From assembly GCA_003427395.1 (NCBI GenBank), contig BFEA01000003.1:9518876-9582875 (forward strand): DNA of 64,000 nucleotides, given 5' to 3'. The notes under the pieces were generated by a model that saw only the letters and a list, made by a program, of their open reading frames with translations, had not been told where the DNA came from and searched no databases. Below, piece after piece: positions 12,581-25,600 of this stretch. Numbering within the stretch: position 1 is the first letter of the stretch; the number at the start of each line of letters is the position of its first letter. This DNA is from Chara braunii. Lineage: Eukaryota > Plantae > Charophyceae. Made by a program: the position numbers and the translations under genes.

Positions 12581-14154
12581 TAAGCAGTTAAGGGAATTCC
12601 CCAAGTGAATAATAATAGTAGTATCAGTTGATTAAATTATGTTGGATCTAGCTAGAGGGCTTCCAATACCATTATGAGAGGCAAAAGTTTGAGTGGCCGC
12701 CAGTGGGATGATGCTGGAACAATCCAGAAAGAAGTTCACATAAATTAAATGCATCATGTCAACAGTTTGACCAAATATTTTTGATAAAATGGGGGGGTTG
12801 TCTGCCAGGACTTTCTTGGCAAACACATGCGATATGATGGTATTGGATAAAAATGAATGACGTGGAAATCCTTCAATGCGGCCTAGGAATGTTGTCGGGA
12901 CAGAAATCGTGACAAAGGTATCTGCCCCGTATTTTCAATGTCGGACGATGTCTGAATTCTGATGTAAGTTTTGAAAGGTTTAGTCTGATGAAATAGAAAT
13001 ACTGCTGGAATGTTCCGACTCGTTCGCGATTTGAATGAAATTTAGAATTTTATGCAGTCGTCTATCTGCCGACAGATGTAACGGCAAGGGTAGACAGTGT
13101 AACTAGGCGCCCTTACATTAAAACGAGGCCAGAGAGAGAGACGACGATGAAAACACTAAAATAAAATATTGTTTTGACTAAAATTTGGTCGTGCGACTGT
13201 TAAGCCGCGTGATTCAGGACTAGAAAGACCAAAAACTAGTCATGTCAGGGGCACGGCAACGATAAGAAGGGCTAACACGGCTAAAGTGTCGTGTCACTTC
13301 AAAGAGGACGTACCGTCAAGGGCCCGAGGGTCAATCCACAGTCAAAAGGGGTGGATTGCCTGGCCTATTGAGCCAAACCCAGCGGCCGCATGACGGTGGG
13401 CCTGCCCTTGGAGGAGATAGGCAAACTTTGTTAGCCTAGCCCAGACAGCAGGCGGCCTACTGGGCCGCAACCCTTCAAAAAGAAGGGAGGGGGGGAATAT
13501 CTCTTGTGATGGGAGCTAGCCCAGTAGGTATCGCACTGAACTTCCACCTAGCAGATGCTGGGATCGAGCCTAGCAATACGCAACCCGGGCTAGCTCCTCT
13601 TTTTGGAGCAGCCCACCGAACACGCATGAGGCGCGACCATTTTTGGCCGCTAGGTCATCAGATCTCACGGCAAAAAACAGCCGCGTGGTCATAGCATGGC
13701 CCCTGCGCAAGGATGACACGCATAAATCGGGAAACGAAAAAAAAAAATTTAGATTCCCCTAAGGGAATCGAACTTGGACCTGCAAATCGGAGGAAGGGTA
13801 GGGGAAATTCCAGCCAAGCTGGCACAGGCTACTGAAGGCGTTGGCTTATGCCAACAACATTTAAAAAAAAAAAAAAAAACGAATCAGCGTCAGATGGCGC
13901 ATCAAGAAGAACGAAGACTTATAGTCCCTGAAGAGCAGACGCCGTTTTCAACGGCGTCAGACCGTTTTTTTCTTTTTCTTTCTGCTTTTATATTTTCTTA
14001 GATTTTTTTTTTGTTTTATTCTTCTTAGGTTTTCTTTTTTTTCTTTTTTTTCTTTTCCAACGAAACTACTAGCCTAGCGCCCGTTTGTTTTTGAAAACGG
14101 GCAGCTGGGCGTTGCATCGCCTGAACCCAGCACTTATGGCGCCTAGGTACAGGC

Positions 14155-14155
14155 A

Positions 14156-14220
<65 letters not shown>

Positions 14221-14221
14221 G

Positions 14222-14277
<56 letters not shown>

Positions 14278-14389
14278 NNNNNNNNNNNNNNNNNNNNNNN
14301 NNNNNNNNNNNNNNNNNNNNNNNNNNNNNNNNNNNNNNNNNNNNNNNNNNNNNNNNNNNNNNNNNNNNNNNNNNNNNNNNNNNNNNNNN

Positions 14390-14442
<53 letters not shown>
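14155..14442. repeat. (CA)n(GA)n microsatellite spanning a gap
   Basis: Read directly from the sequence. Confidence 0.95.
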
Positions 14443-14447
<5 letters not shown>

Positions 14448-15058
14448 AAAAAAAAAAGGAATAACTGTGCCAGGCTTTGCACCGACTCATCAGGGGGTTG
14501 CAACCTCGACAGACACGATAGGATGAGTAAAATCGGATGAATCTACCGCGAATCGTGGGGACGTGCAGATGCCTGCCTTCAAGGCGTTGGCACGAATTGC
14601 AGGTAATTTTTTTATTTTTATTTTTTAAGACCCCTTTGTTTTCTCCTTCCCCGTTCATAGTCGTTGAGGCTCGACGAAACAGGGAAAACGGGGGGGGCTG
14701 AAAACGAACAAACTAAGAACTGTTAAAAAAAAAAAACAGCAACAACGAGACAACTGCCTCGTGGTAGGAATAACAATCCTTTGGACTGTGTGGGAGCACA
14801 CCGACTCCCACTTCATTTTGGGACAGTTACTGTAGCCACGAGATCTTGAATCTCGCAGCTCACATCACTCGCGGGAGACAAAAGGGGGTTGGAGAGAAAG
14901 AGGGTAAACGTGAGAGTTGGGGAGGGGAGGTCCTACCTCACCCAACCTGTCAACTACCTCCCCGTTTTCAGGGGAGGGTAGAGAAAGGTAGGGTGGAGGT
15001 TGTTAGATGCAACTACATGAACCTGGCCGAGAGAATGGCCAGGCGCGTGCAAGTAGGT

Positions 15059-15106
<48 letters not shown>

Positions 15107-15541
15107 TGAGGACACTTGTCCTCACACGGTGCTACCTCTGGCAGAAGCTGCCAGAGGTAACTGTCAGGCTCCCGTTTTTTAAGGGAATCTGGAAATTGAG
15201 GGGCCACAAAAAGAAAAGGCTAAGTACAACCTTTTCCCCGATGTATCTGCCCCGGAAAAAAAGGTCCAGATACATCGAGCGGTTGTATCTTTCCAACCCC
15301 TTATCAGAAAAATAAAAGAAAAACAATTTTGAAATGGCAGGAGCCCAGCTATCTCGTGAGATTCCTAGATAGCTGGGAAGAAGAAAAGAAAAAATAAAAT
15401 GGGGCAGTTAAAGAAACTGCCCCACAATAAGGTTGTGGCTGTGGTGCGGCCACAGTTAACCCTGGATCTTGGCTAGATCAAGGGCTCACTGTGAGCCCGC
15501 GATTTTGCTTGGGGGAGTGACGTTCAACCCTCCTCAGCCAC

Positions 15542-15548
15542 TATAAAA
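15542..15548 (+). promoter_or_regulatory. Putative LTR TATA box
   Basis: CTATAAAA is conserved at the homologous position of the divergent LTR (29509-29516, minus strand). Confidence 0.55.
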
Positions 15549-15834
15549 TAGGCAACTGTCCCCAGCTGCCACACAAAGCACTCGTGCTGTCAATTGTGTG
15601 ACACTTGAGTGTTGCTGAGCTGTTGAGGTGCTGCCTGAGGCAACGAGGAGGAGACTGGAGGTCTGCAGAGGAGGGCGAGGAGAGGAGCTGGGCAGCCATA
15701 GCCAAGGCACGGAGCACTCTGCTCCCCTCCGCTCTGGCTGGTGCTGGTCCCACGGGACTGACCCAGGGACGCTGCGGGATTACGGCAGTACGACGCTGTG
15801 GAATTGAGACCTGGGGCCCACATTTTACTAATGC

Positions 15835-16085
15835 CGGCGGTGGTGGGGAAGCGCTGCTGGATTTTTTCGGCCGCGACTCTGACTTTAACGGCGGTGGTGC
15901 GGAAGCGCTACTGGATTTTTGCGGCGGCAGTTCTGGTTTTTACGGCGGTGGTGTAGAAGCGCTGTCAGATTTTTGCGGCGGCGGCTCTGGTTTTTACAGC
16001 GGTGGTGCGGAAGCTCTGTCGAAATTTTGCATCGATGACACTAGTTTTAACGGCAGACGTGCGGAAGCGCTGCCAAATTTTTTTT
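15835..16085 (+). repeat. ~57-bp tandem repeat (4-5 units) within the LTR
   Basis: Recurring GGCGGTGGTGCGGAAGCGCTG..GATTTTT units. Confidence 0.85.
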
Positions 16086-17399
16086 GCAGCAACGACATTA
16101 GTTTCACGGCGGTGCCAGTAGTATTTCCGCATTGAGCAGCGACTAGACATTGGCGCAGGGAAGGTGTCGTTGAAGTGGTAGTATATTTTGAAGTGGCGTG
16201 AGCGTGACACTGTAGAAACACAGTGGCTCTGAAGGCGAGCGACGGTAACGTGAAGGCACCATCAGACTGTGGGGAAATAATTATATTGGACGAGTGTCGC
16301 AACAAGCGATTGTTTTAAGGAGTGGTGTAGATCACTTTGCTGACGGCTGGGGGCGACAACCTTCACGTCGAAAGGGGCGTAATTCTATACGGTCTTCTTG
16401 AGTGTCTCGTTCTACGTCACTCAAGGTTAGTTAAATAGTCAGTTTGACTCAGACCCTTTCACGCCTGTGTGAACCCACACTTTGTTTGACCTTGGTCATT
16501 GGGTGTTCTCTAAAAGGGTAGACAAAATGTGTGTCTGCGCGTATGAATGTAAGTCTGACATGAGTCTGGGTCTGCATTGTTTTCTTTTGACTTGTCGTTT
16601 GATCTGACTGCGGGTGTGATTTATTGAAACGAGAGTGGGTTTGACCGTGAGGCGGCAAAGAATGGTTGCTCTCACACCACCACACTTGCATGCATATGTC
16701 AAACTGAGAAAGAACGAAGACGACGAAAGAAAAAGAGATCACAAAGAAAAAAAAGACTTGAATGGACATAAACTTTTTCCCAAGGTCACCCGTTCTTTCC
16801 CGAATGACCCCTCTATCTATGCCCATCTGTTTGGATGGTTTTCTTTTCTATGATTTTTCCTTCCTTCGTCTAAGTTGCCATGACGTCAGGCGGCAAGAGG
16901 TTGTTTGCTCACCGTAGTAGATTCCTTTCCTTTTTCCTAGGAGGCATATGAGGCAGGGTTTCGTTGCCTTAGGGGCCGGCCCTGTTATCGACTCGGAGTG
17001 GACCGCTTTGCGGGGGGGTACCATGCTGTTGTGGTGGAGCCAGCCCGACTTCTAAGATCCGAGGTTCTCTCGGGCGAGGACAAGGGGTATCCCAGACCAC
17101 CTCCTAGGGGAGGAACAAGTGCATATTCACAAAAGACCTCTAGAATTTCTTGGCGTCTCGCGTAAGGGAGAACTGCTATAGTATACCCTTTTGGTGGCCA
17201 TATTAGGAGTCACTGACGCATGGGGACTTGGTGTCATAAGCAACCCAGTTCATGTCATACTAGTTTAAGCAGAGTGCAGTTAGGCACTCTTGTCGTGGAT
17301 GGTCGTGCCATAAGAAGCATGAGTCGATGGGAAGACGGATGACTGAATAATACTCAGTGGCAAAGATTTTAATTTAATCACTATCGTCTTTTTTTTCAA

Positions 17400-17908
17400 A
17401 TGGCTGCAAGGACGACGGTCTGTCACCTCTTCCGCAATCGTGACGCAACAGCAGAATGGACCGAATCCCCAGAACGTAATGGAGATAGATTAGAAAGAAT
17501 AGGGTGGGTTGTCTTTAATCAGTATGAACTATACTCTGAGGAGGGTATTCCACGATTCCAGGGTGGCAGCGCGCGGAATCCCCCTAGACGACTTTTTTTC
17601 AGGTCAAGGGTTGGATTGGATATTCTTCACTATGAGTTCGCGCCGCCACTGCCCGAACGTGATTTCGCCTGCATGAACTTAGTTGTGATGTAGCCGTATG
17701 GGATTAACCCACAAATGGATAAGATTCCCGAGATAAGGTTGACGTTTGTTCGCTCCGTACTTTAGATGAACGGACGGCAGGGTTCATTCTTTGGTATATA
17801 TTATACGAGACATGTGCGAACGAAAAGGTTCATTATTCTACGTGTTGAGTCATTGAGTATGCATGGCAGGACGAGGAGCATGAACTCGTGGAACGATTAC
17901 GCGACTAA
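17400..17908 (+). pseudogene. LTR-encoded ORF of unknown function (~170 aa reconstructed)
   Basis: Starts MAARTTVCHLF. Two stops and a 4-nt deletion here correspond to open codons (CAG, TGG) in the paralogue at 1584-1892. Both copies end ERLRD-TAA. Confidence 0.5.
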
Positions 17909-19206
17909 TGTGGTTTTGTTCTAACGTGCAAATGCCTGAAGCTCGACGAGATTTGATGATCCCCAGGTACCTGCTGGTTCGTGATACACATGAGGACGAT
18001 CGGAGGAATGAAGCAGTTTTTACGGGTTCGAGATGGTTCTCCTACTGAGTGAATCAGCTTCATCGGATTTCTCCGAAATAACGAAGGTTTTTTTCCCAAT
18101 ACTCGTGCGGATTTTCGGGCAAATACGGCTTGGACTTCGGATGATTTTTTTGGATATACTTTGTATTTCCATCGCGAGAGCAACCTCCAATATCTCTCTC
18201 GAGTAATTGTGAGCATTAAGATTACCTCGTCCGACAGATGTTTCGGCGTTGTTCGGATCCGGGACATAGAGACCAGACACTTGTTTGGACTTAGTCGGCC
18301 TCTTCGAGTCATAGTATGGAGACTAGCCTTGCGGATGACCTCCTTCTACGGTACTCTAATCATTAGAGTTATGCAAGGTGGGCGGACGACGACCCTGGTT
18401 TTCGACAATGGACGTATTGGAGACCCAGATGCGTAGTGGACGACATATTTACCAGGGTTAGACGCAACTTTCTGGAAATTTTACTCGGATTCTAGAAAAC
18501 GCCTCGCATAGACTAATCCCGTCGAGGGAGCCATATGATTATGGCTTCACGAGGTAATCTTAAAACAAAAACAAAAACACTCTATTTAGATAGGGTCACC
18601 GGATGGATAGTATTCGGACTACCCCAATGATTTAACTATCATGCTCTAGCATTGAGGGGTAAATATATAGGAAATAAAAAGTAAATAAACACTCCTCATC
18701 AGACAGAAGTCAACATAGAAAACTAGTATGAACAGTTTTCAAGTTGCATTTTACAAGGTAACCTTAACACTGAATTGAGAAGGATCTGACTATGGGCTTT
18801 GGCTTAAAGGATTTAAAAAGTTATTATCCAATAAAAGAACTCTATGTATTGACCATATCAACGACGAGGACGAAAGCACAACGATTAAATGTAAAAGCTT
18901 TCGTACGTGGGTTAGTAGCTCGGCGGGGATATGCCCCTAATGGTGGTGACAACCCTTAGGGAAGAAAGTTTATGCCTTGCGGGAACCTATCTTGTCGTAG
19001 GGGACCGTGGGATGTACAGCTGGCGCACCCGGTCAGAGCGGCAAAGGGACATCGCAACCGCGACTGTCTCGGCGGTTCGCGGAATGTTTTGCATCGTCCC
19101 CAAGTTGTCCTTACTTCATGTTAATGTTCAAACTCTTGCATGACACGACCGGGAGGGTTCCCGCCTCTGCGTGAGAAAAGGCGGGAGCCGATGCGCTTGA
19201 CAACGG

Positions 19207-19870
19207 AGTCACCCATCGACAAAAATGAGTGGTATTGGTCTAATATCCGGGATGATGTTAAATTCCTTATCAAAAATTACCCGGTCTGCTCGGCTTACAA
19301 AACTCCGATCCAGCCGCCTTGATCTATCGTTCCAATTGTAGTCGAACGACCATTTATGAGGGTTAGCATGAATACGACGGATGTTGTGGTTCCCCCTGTC
19401 CCTAATTGATGCGAATATTCAATCCTACTCATATTCGTAGCCATTTCTCCAAATGGATCGAGGCCTACTTATGTAAGATGGGAAGGACGACCGGCCTGAA
19501 TAACGAAACGACATTGGGTCGACGATATACGAGGGCGGCGGCTAAGGAAAAGACCAAGTGACACTTAGAGCTTATGGAACGGACCCTCCCTCGTCTAGCG
19601 CGGAAAAGACAGCGGATGACAGAATTGGCCCAAGGTCAACAAGTTCGGAGTTACGAAGCCAGGAACGGGAAAGTTGGGCCTTGGCCCCAGTATAAATTAG
19701 GGGACATCGTGTAGGTAAGGAAATATGCTCGTCCAGGTACGCTAGCGCCACGATTCTTGGAGCTCAGTCCAAACGGAGTGAATACGATGTGACTTGCCCC
19801 TCAAGTCTCGGCAGCCGATTGGCCCGACCCGTCATCCGCCACGTGTCCTATCTTCGTCCTTTGTCCATCT
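19207..19870 (+). pseudogene. Internally deleted Gypsy-type integrase fragment from a different element
   Basis: WYWSNIRDDVKFLIKNYPVC...PFMRVSM...HFSKWIEAY, then the C-terminal YKLGDIV*VRKYARPGTLAPRF...IRHVSYLRP. Confidence 0.75.
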
Positions 19871-20549
19871 CCACTCCTCCCTCACCTCCAATCTCACCTT
19901 TGACCTCTAAGTGGGACAACGAGGAACCTAAATCTCTTCTTTCTCCCTCTCTCGAAGCCTCACCTTCTCGTTCCCCACCATCGCCATGAATTTTGTCACG
20001 GTGGCGGAACAGATAATCAGTCGACGTATGTTGACGCCGCGGGGCTTCATTTCTTCAACATAACAGGTACATCACGAATGGCGTAGCCCAAGTCTGGTTC
20101 CATTTGCGCAATTCTTCAGCACAGTTGGCGTACAAGCGGCAGCCGAATTCGGATTCGTCTATAACGGGACTCAAGGGAGGGTGCTGGTCAAAGCAACGAT
20201 TTTTTTGTGGCCCTCTTCCCCGCTCGGTGAAGGCATTCAAGCGATCACGTTTAATCAATTGCGGGCCTAGGCGGGAGAATTGGCGAACATGTGGTGGCAG
20301 AGGCTTGCGCGCCAGGGGGATCGGATCGTCCAAATGGACAGCATTGACATACATCAGATCCTAGTGCATCACACAGAGCCAGAGGTAGTCCTTCCAGAGC
20401 TTGTCTTCTTCGCGCTGGCTCGATGAACCAACACCGACTCACTATGTTTTATCTTTCGTCGGACTTCCCTTCCTTGTGGCAGTCCCTCGTCTATCCGTAA
20501 CTCTCCTTCCAAGTCAAAGCAATCTCGGTACCATTTTTTGAAGAAGGGA

Positions 20550-21344
20550 GGTGGGTGAAGTGGTTGGAGGCCTACGTGGCTCTCGGTTTTGCTTGTTACA
20601 GGTCGTGTTTCGGTGGGCTGAGTAGAAGAGGAGGTACTTGATGATGAAGTCGAGTTGCTGATCGTCCAAGCATGGAAAACGGACGTGGAAGGAAAGCTGT
20701 TAGGGATCGTATTCGGAGCGGTGGTTCCTGATCATCTTGGACCAATCATGGGGGAATTGTTGGTGCTCATCGCACAACTGCTCGATGATCTGTCCCTTGA
20801 CATCATCTACTGCAGTAATTGGAATCTTGCGCACATCACTCTGGAACGGACATTAAAGTCGCAGCTCCTGTGGACGGGTTTCTCCGAGTACGACGACCAG
20901 AACCTCTACTATTTATTGGCTGACAAGTACTTGGATCTGGAGGAGATAATCGATCCGTGCTTTTGGGAAGTGGTCGGATTGTTGGCAAAAGTCAACTCTG
21001 AGAGTGAGGCGAGAGAAAACACCGAATCGGGATCTGGAGATCCTGATTACAGCAAACTCTGAGAGGAGGAACGCGCAGCGGCAGACGAGGAGGTCGAGAA
21101 GTGAGCGAAGGAGCACGTGAAAGGAAAGGGACATATCCATCAGACGGCACTCGAGGATCCTATGAGGGATCCTGCGCCGCCCAAGGAGGAAGAAGAACAC
21201 GATGGCAGCACCGCAGGAGCGAAATGCAGCAAAAGGCGAGCCCGAAGTCCCTCTCCCACTCCCTGCGCCCGCGCCGCAGTTCGCCTACGTCGAGATGCTA
21301 GCAATCGGACGACGTCCCCGGTCATTATCTCACCGTCTCCTTGA
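20550..21344 (+). pseudogene. TE-associated accessory ORF of unknown function
   Basis: LIVQAWKTDVEGKLLGIVFG...AQLLDDLSLDII plus an acidic tail, downstream of the integrase fragment. From memory it resembles a domain recurring in Chara hypothetical proteins; not verified. Confidence 0.45.
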
Positions 21345-22674
21345 CTATCTCACCCTCCTCCAGATCGAGGGGCGCCCACCATTTCCCGACACTTGGCACC
21401 CTTTCCCTCCTTCCTTGTTCTATCAATATTGTGCTACCCAACTTGTTTGCGACATCATCCCTTACCCGACTATCCAGTCCTTTGATTCCCATTTCCTTCT
21501 CCAAATTCCCCGTTTTAGTGCGGCATTTTAGCACGGCATGGCGAGGCTTCAATACTATTGAAGTCTACTGCGTAATTACGGGGACAATCCTCACATGTGA
21601 TCTCCACGAGCAGTTTCGCACGACCTTGCTGCGCACTCTTGCCACCCTTTACCCCGACTGCCTTGCCTCTCTCTCCAATCGTAGTCATCGCTTCCTTCGC
21701 ATCCATCGATTGGTGCGTTACGTGAACATCCCCACCGGGGTGTGATCGCTACCTTGCTTTCTCCCTCCACTCCCCCAATCTCCTTCTCCGCCTCCATCCC
21801 CCGTATTGAGAATGTCGTACCCACCAGGGCAGCAGCAATAGTAACAATGATGGCGGCAAGGCAGAAACGAGAAAGCAACGGGGATCAGGCGTCAGAAAAA
21901 CACGAGGCCATCTAGAAGCCAACGATCCTTACAAGCCGTGTGTTGGCATCTTGGTCTCCTTCTTCTTCTCCATCTCCTTCTCCCTGTTTCTTTTCCTTTA
22001 CCCTCGGAGTCCCTCATATACATGGGCATGATGCATGCTAGCAAAAGTTTGCATATGATTGGATCCCCTGGGCGTCGTATATATGATGATCTATCTTCTG
22101 ATTAGCGCGACTTTCTGCGCGACTGCACTTTGGGGGTCGAGCGGAGGGGCATGATCAAATTGCAGAAGAACCACCATTTTTTTCCTCTTTTTCTCTTTGT
22201 TTTGTGAAAACTTGGTCCAATAATGCGCCTTACCGAACGCATAAATAACGGTTGATGCGGGTTCTTCCTTTTTCTTTTGGGAATAAGGAAAGGAAACTTC
22301 AGCGCGGTCATTGCGCGTGAATTTTTTTTTTGAATTTTTGAAGGCTGCGGGAACAATGCGAGAGCAATCGAAATTGGGACTCTAATTAGATTAGGATTTT
22401 GGGGTGTCATATTTTTCTTTTGTAACTGCGTGATGCTCCTTACTCACACGCGTTTAGTTGTACTCTGTCCTGCACTCTACTCCCGACTCGCCTTGATTCT
22501 AATCTCAACTGTAATCTCTTCTTGCTCCTTCCTTGATGAGTACGGGTGAAACTGTAATCTTCTCGTTCTTAGCTTCTCATCGCGCTGAATCCTGCGACCT
22601 CTTTCCTCAATCTCATTAGCCGCATCAGTGCATGATTGGATCGATGCATACAGAGTGGTTACGTTGTCGAACGC

Positions 22675-25600
22675 ATCGGTCCCGCACGGGGACCCTCCCG
22701 ACCGCATCACGCCGGATTTCGCAGGACTTGTCGCGGAGAGTGTTTTGCCGCTCCGGCCGAGTGCGCCAGCCGTACCTCTCGCGAGCTCCTACGACAGGAC
22801 AGGGTCACGCGAGGCATCGCTTACCTCCACCTGCGGGAGCTGTCACCATCCCTTAGGTGGGCGTATCCCCGCCGAGCTACTGAACCACATGCGAAGGTTT
22901 TTCGTATGCAAAAGCAGAGGTGGCCCAGCCGAGGGCGTTTCTCGTTCGCTGTAGCATAGGGGGTACGCGCGGTCAACGCCTAGAGTCGAACCCGTACGCG
23001 AATCGACGCAATGGGGGGCTGAGGTCCCAAATGCGACTCGACGTCGGTCGACTACGACGAATCACACACACCACGCGTTACACCACAACACTCGCACACA
23101 TGAAAAAAGACACAAAACAAATAACACAACAACACAACAACACTCTTAGTCCCTCAATGTCCAACCCATAACCTTTTAAAATGGAAGTCGGTTAGGCGTC
23201 GCGCGTGAGACTTAAGATAAAATCACGTGTGTGCAGGTTTTTTTCATATCGATTAGCCATGCAAGCATACACAAGCAGTTGTTACGATGGAGTACTGTGT
23301 AGTACCCAAAATCATGCGACCCTCGATAATCTCGGCGGTTACATTCCGACACGCAAGTGTCAGCTGACACGCGCCTTGAGGGGTTAATCTCTCGACGCTG
23401 GACAACCGCCATGTGCGGTTTGAAGACCACACCCTTTTCTGCACCCTGTGCAGAGGGGTTGAGTAGACAGCTTCAAGCTGTCGTGCCTGAGGTCAAGGGG
23501 TTTGACTTAGACGGCTGCCATGGACAATAACGTCCAACTATAAAAAATTCTAAAAGCAAAAAGGATGAAAGGGGAATCTCCCTTTTCCCTCAAAGTATAA
23601 TATGTTTAACCCTTGCACACGGTCACAACCGGTCGCGCGAACATCCAACAGGTATGTATGTACATATATATAGAAGGTTATAAATATGTGATGATCACTT
23701 CTCACAATCACAGTGGGATTCCTCTCAACCATATATACTTAAGTGATCGTAGGCATTCAAATCCAAAGTCCGAATCACCAAACATACCCGCAATCATATC
23801 AAAGATTCAACCAAAAGTCCATGCACTACACAGGGTCAACTTCAACCATTCTTTGCGCTCACACCCCTCGCTTTAGCCATACAAGCCTCACTCTTTGAGC
23901 AACTCTCAAAATAAAATACTCAGCATCTTTATTAAATGACCATTCAATTGAAGTCCGGATAAAAACATAACAAAACACATCAAACCACAGGGCTAAAGCC
24001 TTTAGGTTGAGTAGCAAGAGTGGATTAGAGTTGAGCCGGAAACCGATCTGTTATCTGAGGATAACAGAATAGCGATCCTTTGAAGGATCAGGCTGAACAG
24101 ATCAAGCCTTCAATCGAAATACGAAAACCTGCATCACGGTACAGGCCAAAGAGGACCACTACTGTGTTCATGCAAAAAGGAGAATACTTCCCAATTCATA
24201 ACCTAGCTCCTCTACTAATCTCACTGTAAGCCCCCCCTTATCAGTATCAAGTCACTGAGCATCTCCCCTATTCAGGGTGGATTTGCCAAGTTTCTCCTAA
24301 CTAGAAATATCCCGACTCCTCAGATTCTACGAAATTTCGGCAGCGCTTCCCGTAGGAAAAGTGTCTTTCCAGAATTTCTACGAGTTCAAAAATAACTAAC
24401 TCTTTCAGATTTGTAAAAATTTCGGCAGTGTTTCCCGTAGGAGCAAGAGGCTGCCAAGATTTATACAAAGCTGAAAGCAGGAAAGACAAAACAAAGTTAT
24501 ACTTGGGACTAACTTCTGACACTTGCGTGATAGTTAGAACTGGAGATAGTTTACACGATCCCTTCCAGAAGATGGTATCGTGAACTATCGTCAATTTTAT
24601 CTTCAAGTAAGGTCAGTCCTATCTTTATCCCAAGTTCTCCCTCCCATTATCCATCTTATCTACCTACAACTCCAACATTTGGCGAGCATCTAAGCAGCTA
24701 ACCTATCGAAAAGACGGCCCAGAGTGAGAGCCCACAAGCATGCATAAACAAACATCTCTCACAATCCCACATCAGTTTGGCCCAAGTAGTTCGTTACATC
24801 TTTCAGTTTCTTTCTCTTTTAAGCCCTCTTTCCTATAACATATGATCAGAATCACCCTAATTAAAGGGTGGGCTTGACCTGCCTAAAATAACAAATAAGG
24901 TACGTACATCTGGACTACCTTAACCCTAGGGTATGCCCACCATAACATGAACTGTATATGTAATGCATATGATCAGACCGCCCTAACCCTAGGGTACGTC
25001 TGACTTCTGTCAACTGAACGACATGAAGCATAGGACTGGGCTGCCCTAACCCTAGGGTGTGCCCAATCTGCCTTAAACAAGGTTACATATGACATAACAT
25101 TAGACCATCCCTACGTCCAACTTACATCACATCAACGACAAAAGCATATAACTAGGCCGCCCTAACCCTAGGGTACGCCTAGTCAGCCATACAACAGTTA
25201 ATATGATACGAATACTTGCACAGACTTTTAACTTTCCTTCTCTTGTTAGACAATCGATCGGACTTTTCAAACTAATGGAACTTTCGATCCGCCCTCTTTG
25301 TTTAGAAGGGAAAATAAAAACAGATTTATACTAAATTTCTGCTCCTTGGTGTTATTATGAGCATACAACTGAACCGCCATAAACCTAGGGTACGTTCAGC
25401 CTGCCCAATTACCTTCTTTTTATTCTTCGTCTATTTCCTTTCCTTCCTTAGTTCTACGTGACTCATTGACTGGCTTTCCCTATCCAGGGTGCCCGGTCTG
25501 TCAGAAGTATAAGTTCAATAATATATGTATCAAAATTTTATACTCTGGTTAACCAGTTAATTCATGGCTCATGGCTAAGCCGCCCCAATCCTAGGGTACA

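Larger units (their letters stand above)
12893..19202 (+). mobile_element. Giant (~6.3 kb) family-A LTR, either solo or the 3' LTR
   Basis: Starts TGTCGGGA and ends CTTGACA. It is blockwise homologous to the reverse complement of 26659-33081 along its length, and to 1583-5243 at its 3' end. Flanks are ATGT / ACGG, and no polypurine tract precedes it. Confidence 0.75.

Noticed and set aside
13762-13850. B-box-like GTTCGATTCC on the minus strand (another near 35665)
   Set aside because: No convincing A box or cloverleaf.
15605-16135. 176-aa Gly-rich ORF
   Set aside because: The open frame results from GC-rich 57-bp repeats and is not conserved as a protein in the paralogous LTR.
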